IMG/VR virus record: IMGVR_UViG_3300027798_000043
Length of the DNA stretch: 20,000 nt
Reading direction: 5' to 3' (one strand)
From: an uncultured virus (IMG/VR IMGVR_UViG_3300027798_000043)
Taxonomy: Duplodnaviria; Heunggongvirae; Uroviricota; Caudoviricetes; Crassvirales
Below, piece by piece: positions 1 to 7,631 of the stretch (the first letter of the stretch is position 1; every line of letters starts with the position of its first letter). Both the position numbers and the translations under genes were made by a program. The notes beneath the pieces were generated by a model. The model saw nothing but the letters and a program-made list of their open reading frames with translations, was not told where the DNA came from and ran no database searches.

Positions 1-534
1 TTCTTGTTTGAATAACTCCATTGCTTTATCAAACTCTTCTATATTATCATTGATAAGTTCTACGTGTTGTTTAGGTTCTTCTTTTAAAATGATGATTTTG
101 TAACCTATTTTTTCAGAATAGATATAAGGTAAACCTTTAAGATGTCTTTCCCTTAATTCATCAACATTAAAGTACTTTAAATCAACATCAATCTCAACAA
201 CCTCACAACTTGGATTCTTAATAAACCATTCAAGAAATTCATTATCAAGAGCTTGTACACCATCTTTGATTAGGTCTTGGTCTGTTGTTAGGATGATTTT
301 TTTATAAAAATACTTGTTACTTGGTAACTTAAATTGCAGTATACTTTTATATTGTTCTGAATAAACCCAATCTACTTCTTTAATTTCTTCATCATTAGTG
401 ATGTAAATGTTTACATTTCTACAAGGTGGATACCCATAATCAAGTTTTGTAATAACTAAATTTTTATTTGAATTGATATATACCCTACTTGGTTTATCTG
501 TTGGTATTACCCATAAATTTCTTTTCTTTTCCAT
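1..534 (-). CDS. Hypothetical phage protein, 3'-truncated by the window edge (MEKKRNLWVIPTDKPSR...KKIILTTDQDLIKDGVQALDNEFLEWFIKNPSCE...)
   Basis: Hand-translated. ATG at 534-532 overlaps the upstream stop (TAATG) and the frame stays open to position 1. Absent from the ORF track because it runs off the edge. Confidence 0.85.
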   Translation of the reverse strand, partial: MEKKRNLWVIPTDKPSRVYINSNKNLVITKLDYGYPPCRNVNIYITNDEEIKEVDWVYSEQYKSILQFKLPSNKYFYKKIILTTDQDLIKDGVQALDNEFLEWFIKNPSCEVVEIDVDLKYFNVDELRERHLKGLPYIYSEKIGYKIIILKEEPKQHVELINDNIEEFDKAMELFKQE

Positions 535-626
535 TATTCTGTTCCTTTTTTAATTAAATAATACCATAGCCAAATTATCTTTGATCTTGTAAATTCATAA
601 GCCGCTAATACTAATATGTATTTCAT
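534..626 (-). CDS. 30-aa hydrophobic micro-protein (MKYILVLAAYEFTRSKIIWLWYYLIKKGTE)
   Basis: Hand-translated. Coupled on both sides: ATGA overlap at 623-626 and TAATG overlap at 532-536. Confidence 0.65.
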   Translation of the reverse strand: MKYILVLAAYEFTRSKIIWLWYYLIKKGTE

Positions 627-1300
627 ATTACTAATACATTACCATTACTTGTTAATTTGCCAAATTTTCTATCGGTTACTACTGATCCATTACTAAACCA
701 TGTGTCGCATATACTTAATTTCTGAAGTCCAGCATTAATAATACCACCCATATTATGGATATGACCAAATAAATGATATGCAGGTTGAACTTCTAATAGT
801 TTATTAAGTAAAGATTTATCGCCACAACATTCTAGTAAACCATCACGATTTTCAGACTTGTCTAAAATATTTTTAGGGGGACCGTGGGTAATAACAATAT
901 TAGTTTCATTGTGTATAGCATCACACCAGAATCGGTCAAGTTTATTTCGATCTCTCATAAAAGACCAATTACCAAAGTTAGGTGTATAAGGCGAACCAAA
1001 TATTTTAATACCTTCAATGGTAACATAATCATTTTCTAGGTATATAATACCGTTGTCTTCAAAATCTTTTTTAGTTACTAGTTTCTTTTCAATGCTAGAG
1101 TCGTGGTTACCAGCTACGTATATTTTATACTTAGGCGATAACTCTTTATACCAGTCAATGAATTCTCTAACCTCAGGTTCGTTATTGTATGGATCTCTAG
1201 GATTGCTGCAATCACCAGAATGTATTACCATATCAATAGCTCTAGGTACTTTTAATAAGTCGTGATACGTGTGAGTATCGGAAATGTGCCATATTTTCAT
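623..1300 (-). CDS. Calcineurin-like metallophosphoesterase
   Basis: All five motifs present in order: SDTH, SGD, GNHD, THGPP, GHIH. Confidence 0.92.
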   Translation of the reverse strand: MKIWHISDTHTYHDLLKVPRAIDMVIHSGDCSNPRDPYNNEPEVREFIDWYKELSPKYKIYVAGNHDSSIEKKLVTKKDFEDNGIIYLENDYVTIEGIKIFGSPYTPNFGNWSFMRDRNKLDRFWCDAIHNETNIVITHGPPKNILDKSENRDGLLECCGDKSLLNKLLEVQPAYHLFGHIHNMGGIINAGLQKLSICDTWFSNGSVVTDRKFGKLTSNGNVLVI

Positions 1301-1470
1301 TATTCTTTATCTTCTACGAATTCTTTGAATCCATTAATAATTGTGCTGTGATGAAATGTAACCGCTATTAGCAGAGCGTAAAATACATCTACATATTCGT
1401 CAATTCCCATATCGTCACCTTCAATTTCAGTTGAATGTTTTCTTCCTTCCGCTTCTATCGTAATTTTCAT
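1300..1470 (-). CDS. 56-aa hypothetical protein (MKITIEAEGRKHSTEIEGDDMGIDEYVDVFYALLIAVTFHHSTIINGFKEFVEDKE)
   Basis: Hand-translated. Exactly fills the gap, with ATGA and TAATG overlaps on its neighbours. Confidence 0.75.
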   Translation of the reverse strand: MKITIEAEGRKHSTEIEGDDMGIDEYVDVFYALLIAVTFHHSTIINGFKEFVEDKE

Positions 1471-1664
1471 AATTTATTATCTTTTTCTATTAATTGAAAT
1501 ATATAACTCCATACTTTAACCTCAAACCTGTCTCTTATATTTAATTCTATTTGATGGGCTTTATCTATTTTCCAATATAAGTTCGGATCATTAGCTTCAA
1601 TTGTTGCAGTTAATAATGCGGATTCTATTTTCATTCTAGCGGATTCTTTAATTTCTTGCATCAT
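1467..1664 (-). CDS. Hypothetical protein, 65 aa
   Basis: ORF track; tightly coupled within the operon. Confidence 0.7.
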   Translation of the reverse strand: MMQEIKESARMKIESALLTATIEANDPNLYWKIDKAHQIELNIRDRFEVKVWSYIFQLIEKDNKL

Positions 1665-1912
1665 TATCCTAATTTATCAAGGTCTATATTCCATTCGGTT
1701 AACAATTCGTTTATTTTATCAAATACTAAATCTACGCCGCCATAAGCGCCACAGTCTTTACCGTTTGCTAAATCTCGATCAAGATCCCACTCACATTTTC
1801 TTTTTATATTATGAGATAATTCCCATAATAAACCGGCCATAGCGGGTGCCATATTGTGTATAGCAAATTCATAACTATCGTTTGGTAACTTAAATTTAAT
1901 TGTTGCTTTCAT
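1664..1912 (-). CDS. Hypothetical phage protein, 82 aa
   Basis: ORF track; coupled to neighbours. Confidence 0.75.
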   Translation of the reverse strand: MKATIKFKLPNDSYEFAIHNMAPAMAGLLWELSHNIKRKCEWDLDRDLANGKDCGAYGGVDLVFDKINELLTEWNIDLDKLG

Positions 1913-1913
1913 A

Positions 1914-2387
1914 TTAGTTAGGTCTTGTTCTTATTTCTTCGTTACTATTTCGTATTTTTATTTTTTCAGCTTCGTAATAATTCCAGTAAGCAGTTACGCT
2001 GTCACCGGGAACTTTGTATTCATCAGGCATACATTGAGGCATTGGCGTGGCGCCGAGGTTTAACATACCTCCGGGTATATTACTTAATACATCTTCGCAC
2101 TTTGTTATAGTTAAATGCTTTTTGCCGTAACGTTTGGTATACTCTTCGCCAAGCGCTAGCATGTGAAAGTACAGCCATGCGTAATTGTCAGCAGATTCTC
2201 GTGCCCATATAGCTGACGGATGATTTTTATGGGTCATCTTGTATGGTACATCTGCATCATCGCCATCTAACATAATATGGGCAGTACATAATAATTGTGC
2301 GGATTCTAAGATCATTTTTACAACGTGCTTATTGTACATCATTGTAGCCGCTTTGTCAGGATCTTTGTCTAAATAGAATATATTCAT
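1914..2387 (-). CDS. Pyrimidine-dimer DNA glycosylase / T4 endonuclease V-like family protein
   Basis: N-terminal MNIFYLD, KHVVKMILESAQLL, H-x-NHPS-x-x-W, EEY-x-x-RYGK-x-H and PQCMPDEYK motifs typical of the phage Pyr_excise-like family. Confidence 0.8.
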   Translation of the reverse strand: MNIFYLDKDPDKAATMMYNKHVVKMILESAQLLCTAHIMLDGDDADVPYKMTHKNHPSAIWARESADNYAWLYFHMLALGEEYTKRYGKKHLTITKCEDVLSNIPGGMLNLGATPMPQCMPDEYKVPGDSVTAYWNYYEAEKIKIRNSNEEIRTRPN

Positions 2388-2404
2388 AGTTTGTTTGTTT
2401 ATTA

Positions 2405-2438
2405 TATTATCAAAGTTGATTCGTGTTCAGTCTGTAAG
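2405..2438 (-). promoter_or_regulatory. Conserved promoter-like element, copy 1
   Basis: + strand TATTATCAA-agttga-TTCGTG-ttcagtc-TGTAAG, upstream of the ATG at 2387. Confidence 0.7.
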
Positions 2439-2568
2439 TTGCTGATTGTAGCTTTTTATTATGTTTATACAGTCGATTACCCCTACAATATGAACAACTG
2501 CCATTATTTCTACAGGATCTATCAAATACTCTTGATTTTCTGTACGCTTGTTTTACTGTTCTGCTCAT
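2410..2568 (-). CDS. 52-aa basic Cys-containing micro-protein (MSRTVKQAYRKSRVFDRSCRNNGSCSYCRGNRLYKHNKKLQSATYRLNTNQL)
   Basis: Hand-translated. A-rich leader ending ACTATG and a C-x5-C-x2-C motif; the stop codon lies inside promoter-like copy 1. Confidence 0.7.
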   Translation of the reverse strand: MSRTVKQAYRKSRVFDRSCRNNGSCSYCRGNRLYKHNKKLQSATYRLNTNQL

Positions 2569-2581
2569 AGTATTTAATTTA

Positions 2582-2892
2582 GGAACTAAAAGGGGAATCG
2601 AACCCCAAAACCCGTCGGTTGTGCCAGTAATCTTCTGTCCTTCACTTAGCTCTTGTTAACCCGGGAGGCGTCGTAAATTTTTGACCCCATATTTCAGGGG
2701 CAACCACAGCGCTACTGTTGGAATTAATTCATGCGACCCTGAGCGATTAACATATCGTTGTATCTTTTAATTCTGCCACGACCAATGCAAGAATCGACCG
2801 GGGGCACCCCAATCCCATAATTCAGAATTATGTGCTGTTTCCCACAAAACACAACCTCTACACTACCTTACCGATCGGATCAGCAGGACAAT
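2582..2892 (-). ncRNA. Putative structured RNA with a tRNA-like 3' module
   Basis: No ORF in the track, GC-richer than its flanks, several hairpins. The 3' end has a GGGG-TTCGATT-CCCC T-arm and a GAGCTAA/TTAGTTC acceptor-like stem, but no canonical D or anticodon arm. Confidence 0.5.
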
Positions 2893-2904
2893 TGTGTATA
2901 GCAA

Positions 2905-3513
2905 TTAGTGGATAATTAGACCCACTTTGTTAGTTTTGTTGAACCATCTAGTAGCATATAAATCTATTTCGCTAGTGTCAATATAGCCAAACTTAAGTAG
3001 CTCAGCACTGTTACTAAAGATTCTTGCGTGACGATCAACTTCTAAGTCAACCATGTGTTTTTGTTTACCAGACATACTATAGATAACGTCATAGTTTTCA
3101 GGTAAAGTTACTTCTTTAAATAGTTCAACCATATTAGTGTAACTGTAAAACCTAACGTTGGGATTATTTTTAGCGATCTCAATCCACTTCTGTAGATATT
3201 CTCTGCTATAGTAATCGCCGGAGTCGTGAACCCTCACATACTGAGGCTTCTTCTTCTGAATTTCCGCATTCATCTCAACTATGAAATCTGATGTTTTGGT
3301 TAACTCGTATCTTCTCTCAAACGCAGGTTTTACATTACCCCATATATACGCGCCCTTTTTAGCGTAACAAAACTTTACGCACTCATCAGCCATAGGACAT
3401 GTTAATTTACCAGATGCGGATTTATATGCGGGTATACCGAAGTTAAATACTTTAAGACCTAATACTTTGCTAGTCTTTTTTAATTTGGAATTCTGAGTGA
3501 GTAAGCTTGCCAT
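2905..3513 (-). CDS. Gp88-like phage protein (Cys cluster, radical-SAM-like)
   Basis: N-terminal NSKLKK, TCP-x4-C-x3-CYA cluster, VRVHDSGDYYS and FYSYT motifs. Confidence 0.75.
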   Translation of the reverse strand: MASLLTQNSKLKKTSKVLGLKVFNFGIPAYKSASGKLTCPMADECVKFCYAKKGAYIWGNVKPAFERRYELTKTSDFIVEMNAEIQKKKPQYVRVHDSGDYYSREYLQKWIEIAKNNPNVRFYSYTNMVELFKEVTLPENYDVIYSMSGKQKHMVDLEVDRHARIFSNSAELLKFGYIDTSEIDLYATRWFNKTNKVGLIIH

Positions 3514-3515
3514 TG

Positions 3516-3791
3516 TTAGTTAAATTTAATTGTTACGCCATTAGCTTTGATTCTTAAGATGCTTGCCAATGTTACCATTCTGTAGCTATCATCGTCCATT
3601 GAAAATACTTTCAATAAGTTGTAATTTTTAGGGTTATAAGCTAGCCCTTTACCTGTAAGATTTTTAGCCACGCCAAATCTAGCGTTGAAAGATCTTCTTG
3701 TACCATCTTTTTTAATAAAAGCGATGTTGAATATTCTACCTGTATCTCCTACAAGTTCATGAATAAATTGTGCTGTTTTTAAGTTTTTCAT
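3516..3791 (-). CDS. Small phage protein, probable SH3/Sm-like beta-barrel (F-x-KKDG-x-x-R family)
   Basis: FIKKDGTRR...VFSMDDDSYRMV pattern; directly downstream of promoter-like copy 2. Confidence 0.65.
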   Translation of the reverse strand: MKNLKTAQFIHELVGDTGRIFNIAFIKKDGTRRSFNARFGVAKNLTGKGLAYNPKNYNLLKVFSMDDDSYRMVTLASILRIKANGVTIKFN

Positions 3792-3806
3792 TTTTAATTT
3801 ATTTTA

Positions 3807-3850
3807 GTTACATTTATATTATCAATTGTTATTCGTATCCGTTTTGTAGA
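3807..3850 (-). promoter_or_regulatory. Conserved promoter-like element, copy 2
   Basis: GTTACA-ttta-TATTATCAA-ttgtta-TTCGTA-tccgttt-TGTAGA. Confidence 0.72.
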
Positions 3851-4093
3851 TTAATCCAATAATACCATATAAGCATCAGGATTTGCACGTCTAAACCAAT
3901 CTAACGCTTTAACAAGGGTTTGATCTTGTTTGCCTACATATACACAACCCATAATGAAGTCATACATACTTAATTCTGCAGGTGTTAAATCTATGCTGTA
4001 GCCGCTGAATGGATTAGTAACTTCGCTGCCGTCAGTGTATAGCATACCGTTGAACCATTTTGGTAGTAGCTGCTCTTTAATTTCTTTGCTCAT
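3851..4093 (-). CDS. Hypothetical phage protein, 80 aa (MSKEIKEQLLPKWF...YMVLLD)
   Basis: Track ORF 3851..4141. Start reassigned to the ATG at 4093 to minimise overlap with the upstream gene. Confidence 0.75.
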   Translation of the reverse strand: MSKEIKEQLLPKWFNGMLYTDGSEVTNPFSGYSIDLTPAELSMYDFIMGCVYVGKQDQTLVKALDWFRRANPDAYMVLLD

Positions 4094-4376
4094 TGATTTC
4101 TTGTTTTGCTTGTTCACTAATTTGTTCACTAATCGCTCCAATATGGAATTCTACTGATTCATCTTCAGACAACTGTCTATATTCTTTCCAATCATATATG
4201 GTAAATACATCACCATCTTCAGTCTCGCAATCCCATTCGAAGTTAACTTTATCTTCACCATAGTTATCTTCAAAGCTTGGGTTACCAAATAATTCTTTTA
4301 ACTTAGCTACCGTGGTAGTTATCGTAGTGCTATAAAAGCTTGTGCCATTTATACTTTTATTTGTTACTTTTGCCAT
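4077..4376 (-). CDS. Conserved-looking acidic phage protein, 99 aa (LFGNP...DKVNFEW...FTIYDWK)
   Basis: ORF track; TAATG coupling at 4376. Confidence 0.8.
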   Translation of the reverse strand: MAKVTNKSINGTSFYSTTITTTVAKLKELFGNPSFEDNYGEDKVNFEWDCETEDGDVFTIYDWKEYRQLSEDESVEFHIGAISEQISEQAKQEINEQRN

Positions 4377-4573
4377 TATTGTTTATGTTTTTTAAGTGTT
4401 AAGTCGTCTACTGTGTTTGTTATTTGTTTTACCATTTGTTCTAAATAAGCTACAGTAAATATACCGCGCCCGCCTGTAGCTTCGTGCTCATTAATATCAT
4501 TACTCCATTCTTTAAGTAATATTTGTAGTCCTTCCTTTAAAAACCACGCTTCCTGACCATTTAATTTTTTCAT
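4376..4573 (-). CDS. Hypothetical protein, 65 aa
   Basis: ORF track; leader AACAACTATG. Confidence 0.75.
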   Translation of the reverse strand: MKKLNGQEAWFLKEGLQILLKEWSNDINEHEATGGRGIFTVAYLEQMVKQITNTVDDLTLKKHKQ

Positions 4574-4578
4574 AGTTG

Positions 4579-4827
4579 TTATGTTAAAACGATTCTTAAT
4601 TTACTATCTTCAGTTTCGCCGGTTAGCATTTGTCTTTCATTGTCAAATACTAAATCAACTTTTAATTTTTTAGCAGCACTCAATGTATTGGGATTGATAT
4701 GCCCTTGTAAACTGATTTCATCTTTATGAACCCATACGTTTATAGAATAGAAATCTTCAAATTCTATAGATTTAGATAAAGTAGCAAATCTACCGACTAA
4801 ATTAATTTTTTTAGTTAAATCACTCAT
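4579..4827 (-). CDS. Hypothetical protein, 82 aa
   Basis: ORF track; leader AACAACTATG; follows promoter-like copy 3. Confidence 0.78.
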   Translation of the reverse strand: MSDLTKKINLVGRFATLSKSIEFEDFYSINVWVHKDEISLQGHINPNTLSAAKKLKVDLVFDNERQMLTGETEDSKLRIVLT

Positions 4828-4845
4828 AGTTGTTATATTTTATTG

Positions 4846-4889
4846 GTTACATTATTATTATCAATTGTTATTCGTATCCAGTCTGTAGA
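4846..4889 (-). promoter_or_regulatory. Conserved promoter-like element, copy 3
   Basis: GTTACA-ttat-TATTATCAA-ttgtta-TTCGTA-tccagtc-TGTAGA; overlaps the 3' end of CDS 4861..5145. Confidence 0.72.
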
Positions 4890-5145
4890 ACTGATCTAAT
4901 ACTAATTGCTCAAGCTTCTCTAATAGCTCATCATCAAGATCATCATCATCAAAGATAATAGTTATTTCTTCGTCACGTTCATATTTACGATCTCCTCTTA
5001 TAATTAATACGCCTTCGTAAGTTTCACCGCCAATTGTTACTTCACCGCCGGGTAATGTTATTTCTTCAGCATCCAAAGTTACATCAAAATAATAACGATC
5101 TACTGTCCTGCTAGAGGAATGGCTTATGTCTACTATGTTTTTCAT
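4861..5145 (-). CDS. Highly acidic hypothetical protein, 94 aa
   Basis: ORF track; D/E-rich C-terminal half. Confidence 0.75.
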   Translation of the reverse strand: MKNIVDISHSSSRTVDRYYFDVTLDAEEITLPGGEVTIGGETYEGVLIIRGDRKYERDEEITIIFDDDDLDDELLEKLEQLVLDQFYRLDTNNN

Positions 5146-5381
5146 TACTGTATTACTTTTATAAATTGTCCGTTTTTATCGTATAATATGTTTAATTCTA
5201 ATTCGTGATCTACTGTATCGATCATTGCGTTAATATCTTGGAACTGTAGACCAAGAGAAAATTCTTCAGCCGTTAATTGCATACCGCGGTAGTGTATAGC
5301 ATAGTCATACAAGAGTTGTGGGTTAACTACTCGGCCGTTGCGCATTGCAATCCATTTACTTTTTATTTCGTCTTTTACCAT
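5145..5381 (-). CDS. Hypothetical protein, 78 aa
   Basis: ORF track; TAATG coupling to the downstream gene. Confidence 0.75.
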   Translation of the reverse strand: MVKDEIKSKWIAMRNGRVVNPQLLYDYAIHYRGMQLTAEEFSLGLQFQDINAMIDTVDHELELNILYDKNGQFIKVIQ

Positions 5382-5532
5382 AGCTTAGTTCTAATCTTAA
5401 ATAATTATTATATACTCTGTTATATCCTTCAACCATTTTCTCATTGCTGCAATACTCTACATTTTGTATTATATTCCGCATCCATGAGTTAAACTTGTCG
5501 GTTTCTTTAATTGCTAATTGTTCTATAGTCAT
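5356..5532 (-). CDS. 58-aa hypothetical protein (MTIEQLAIKETDKFNSWMRNIIQ...GKRRNKK)
   Basis: Hand-translated. ATG 1 nt after the upstream stop; fills the gap between 5381 and 5534. Confidence 0.6.
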   Translation of the reverse strand: MTIEQLAIKETDKFNSWMRNIIQNVEYCSNEKMVEGYNRVYNNYLRLELSYGKRRNKK

Positions 5533-5533
5533 G

Positions 5534-5815
5534 TTAGTCTTCTTTAAGTAACCAGGTTATTAATTGTTTTTTATCGTCAAATACAAAGACCTCAGGGCTC
5601 TGTTTTAACGCTTGTCTTACAAACTCACGTTTAGTTGGTTTTGTCCAAGAGTACGCTACAGATAAGTCGTTAAGGGACATTGCTGCAAACGAATCTTCAT
5701 CTTTCTTAACAACGATATTCTTGGGACCGTTATTCCATTTAATACCAACATTACAACTGTCAGTTACTTCTGTTATATCAATGTTTTCCGCATCAAAATG
5801 TACTACTCTTTTCAT
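5534..5815 (-). CDS. Hypothetical protein, 93 aa
   Basis: ORF track; operon context. Confidence 0.75.
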   Translation of the reverse strand: MKRVVHFDAENIDITEVTDSCNVGIKWNNGPKNIVVKKDEDSFAAMSLNDLSVAYSWTKPTKREFVRQALKQSPEVFVFDDKKQLITWLLKED

Positions 5816-5816
5816 A

Positions 5817-6065
5817 TTAATATTTTTCTTTAATTTCGGTTAATGTTAGGTTATAGTGATTCCATAATTTTGTTCTACTAAATGCACTCGCTTTCGCGCC
5901 ATAAGAAGACTTCATCTTCGTTTTAACTTGTTTATAGTCATCGCTATTAAACTGTTTGCACATGCCATCAGTATTTACGGCATTGATCCTGTTCGCTCGG
6001 TTATGTGCTTTCTTTTCTTCAAGATATTGGCACGCTTCTTTCATATTGTTCGCTATTACTATCAT
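5817..6065 (-). CDS. Hypothetical basic protein, 82 aa (MIVIANNMKEA...)
   Basis: Track ORF 5817..6107. Start reassigned to the ATG at 6065, which overlaps the upstream stop (TAATG). Confidence 0.7.
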   Translation of the reverse strand: MIVIANNMKEACQYLEEKKAHNRANRINAVNTDGMCKQFNSDDYKQVKTKMKSSYGAKASAFSRTKLWNHYNLTLTEIKEKY

Positions 6066-6253
6066 TAGTCTTTGATTATATAGGTTAAACCGTTTAAATT
6101 GAACCACTCAGAGTAGCCGTCTTGATCTTCGTCATTAGTTATAAATCCGAACTTTGAGGGTAGATCACCGACAAGATATGACGTGTATAGCACACCGTTT
6201 AGTTTAATAAAATTGTTCTTTAAAAACTTGATTGATTTTTTTTCTTTGTTCAT
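6065..6253 (-). CDS. Hypothetical protein, 62 aa
   Basis: ORF track; leader AACAACTATG; follows promoter-like copy 4. Confidence 0.78.
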   Translation of the reverse strand: MNKEKKSIKFLKNNFIKLNGVLYTSYLVGDLPSKFGFITNDEDQDGYSEWFNLNGLTYIIKD

Positions 6254-6268
6254 AGTTGTTTAGTATTG

Positions 6269-6312
6269 GTTACATTATTATTATCAAACTTAATTCGTAT
6301 TCGTTCTGTAAA
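6269..6312 (-). promoter_or_regulatory. Conserved promoter-like element, copy 4
   Basis: GTTACA-ttat-TATTATCAA-acttaa-TTCGTA-ttcgttc-TGTAAA. Confidence 0.72.
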
Positions 6313-6314
6313 GG

Positions 6315-6509
6315 TTATTGATTTGCTAACGCTATTGCTAGTTCTTCGTGTATTTCGTCGATCATTCTTAGTATGTGGTATGATGCATGTACTTGATGGT
6401 TATCATTGCATCTTAAGGCATCAGCGAGTACATCTGTATGCTCGTCTTTTAAGTGGTCAATAGCCACTTGAATTACATTAGCTTCTTGTTTTGTTATTGT
6501 TATAACCAT
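6315..6509 (-). CDS. Hypothetical helical protein, 64 aa
   Basis: ORF track; leader ending ACACTATG. Confidence 0.72.
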   Translation of the reverse strand: MVITITKQEANVIQVAIDHLKDEHTDVLADALRCNDNHQVHASYHILRMIDEIHEELAIALANQ

Positions 6510-6514
6510 AGTGT

Positions 6515-6760
6515 TTAGTCGTTTAAGTATTCGGTTAAAGCATAGTTAAATGCAGATTCTAATAAATTTAATTCGCAGATCTCGCCAATTCGTTTGTTTA
6601 CTAATATACATTCAGCATCAGTGAATATAGCTTTGTCTGTTTTGTCGATCACGTCAGCCGGATCGTCTTCAAAGTGAAATAATCTATCGTTTAATACTAG
6701 ATTGTCGACGAAAGACTTCATGTCAGCTGAAGACTTAATTTGCTTGTTTAAGAATATCAT
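6515..6760 (-). CDS. Hypothetical protein, 81 aa (FHFEDDPADVI motif)
   Basis: ORF track; follows promoter-like copy 5. Confidence 0.78.
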   Translation of the reverse strand: MIFLNKQIKSSADMKSFVDNLVLNDRLFHFEDDPADVIDKTDKAIFTDAECILVNKRIGEICELNLLESAFNYALTEYLND

Positions 6761-6774
6761 AGTAGTTTGTTTTA

Positions 6775-6818
6775 GTTACATCAATATTATCAAATCTAAT
6801 TCGTATTCGTTTTGTAAG
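6775..6818 (-). promoter_or_regulatory. Conserved promoter-like element, copy 5
   Basis: GTTACA-tcaa-TATTATCAA-atctaa-TTCGTA-ttcgttt-TGTAAG. Confidence 0.72.
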
Positions 6819-6822
6819 GGTG

Positions 6823-6984
6823 TTATATTGCCATGATGTCAGTGCAATCAAAGTCTTCCCAGTCTAATACGATTTCAGCTTTACTGTATTGATCGGTGAC
6901 AATGTCAACCGCTGTTTGTTCGTCAACAGCATCGATGTATAGCACTCTAGATGCCGTTTCTACAATTCTAATTTTATATTCCAT
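6823..6984 (-). CDS. DpnD/PcfM-like small protein, 53 aa (MEYKIRIVETASRVLYIDAVDEQTAVDIVTDQYSKAEIVLDWEDFDCTDIMAI)
   Basis: Hand-translated. The I-x-ET-x-SR...A...A...Y...EIVLD-x-EDF pattern matches the DpnD/PcfM-like family as I recall it. Confidence 0.7.
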   Translation of the reverse strand: MEYKIRIVETASRVLYIDAVDEQTAVDIVTDQYSKAEIVLDWEDFDCTDIMAI

Positions 6985-6985
6985 A

Positions 6986-7210
6986 TTAATCTTTATATTT
7001 TACATCCGCCATAAAGCTAGCGCACGCTATGTTACTTAATCTTTTTAATTCCGCATAGTACTCGGCATTAACAGTCTTATCAACAATCCAATCAACTAAT
7101 TTACCATAGTCATCGGTGTGATATGTTGAATTCTCAATATTACATTTGTACATTTGTCGATCCGGAAAATACGGATTAATATACTCTACAATTTGGTTAT
7201 CTCCTATCAT
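6986..7210 (-). CDS. Hypothetical protein, 74 aa
   Basis: ORF track; operon context. Confidence 0.72.
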   Translation of the reverse strand: MIGDNQIVEYINPYFPDRQMYKCNIENSTYHTDDYGKLVDWIVDKTVNAEYYAELKRLSNIACASFMADVKYKD

Positions 7211-7213
7211 ACT

Positions 7214-7459
7214 TTATTTTTTATAAATTATCATTTCATATTTATTAGGTATATTTTCAAAATATAATCCACTTGCATTTAATATTGACTCATAGTATTT
7301 ATAGTGTTCAGCTAAGGTTGTATAACCTAAAGTATATTCACCACTATTAATAGGTTCGATATTTATAAATCCTAAGTAACCATCGTCACTTCGATCAAAT
7401 TGGAAATCATTTCTTATAATTCCAATACACTCACACACTAATCTATCTATACTATTCAT
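7214..7459 (-). CDS. Hypothetical protein, 81 aa (MNSIDRLVCEC...)
   Basis: Track ORF 7214..7549. Start reassigned to the ATG at 7459 because the upstream part is occupied by a better ORF in another frame. Confidence 0.65.
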   Translation of the reverse strand: MNSIDRLVCECIGIIRNDFQFDRSDDGYLGFINIEPINSGEYTLGYTTLAEHYKYYESILNASGLYFENIPNKYEMIIYKK

Positions 7460-7562
7460 CTTCCTCATCATCGTAAAATTCGCAATGTTCCATACAATCT
7501 GGACATAATCCATACTCTTCCATGTCGGTGTATGCACCGCAACAATCACTTACTAAACTCAT
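7452..7562 (-). CDS. 36-aa Cys-rich, probable metal-binding micro-protein (MSLVSDCCGAYTDMEEYGLCPDCMEHCEFYDDEEDE)
   Basis: Hand-translated. CCGA...CxxCxxHC pattern, A-rich leader and acidic tail. Confidence 0.72.
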   Translation of the reverse strand: MSLVSDCCGAYTDMEEYGLCPDCMEHCEFYDDEEDE

Positions 7563-7631
7563 ATTTTCTATTTTTTATTTATTATATTTGTTATATTCTA
7601 TATCTTGTAGTGCATTCTGATTTATCTGCAT

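Noticed and set aside
2582..2652. Canonical tRNA gene
   Set aside because: The T-arm and acceptor-like stem are present, but I could not form a convincing D-stem or an anticodon stem-loop with U33. Reported as tRNA-like only.
2582..2892. tmRNA, RNase P RNA, group I/II intron or hammerhead ribozyme
   Set aside because: No tag ORF ending in an ALAA-like sequence, and no GAGGAAAGUCC, P7, 34-nt domain V or CUGANGA/GAAA core was recognised by eye.
7575..7631. 18-codon minus-strand ORF (MQINQNALQDIEYNKYNK)
   Set aside because: It starts right after a stop codon but is too short and featureless to support.
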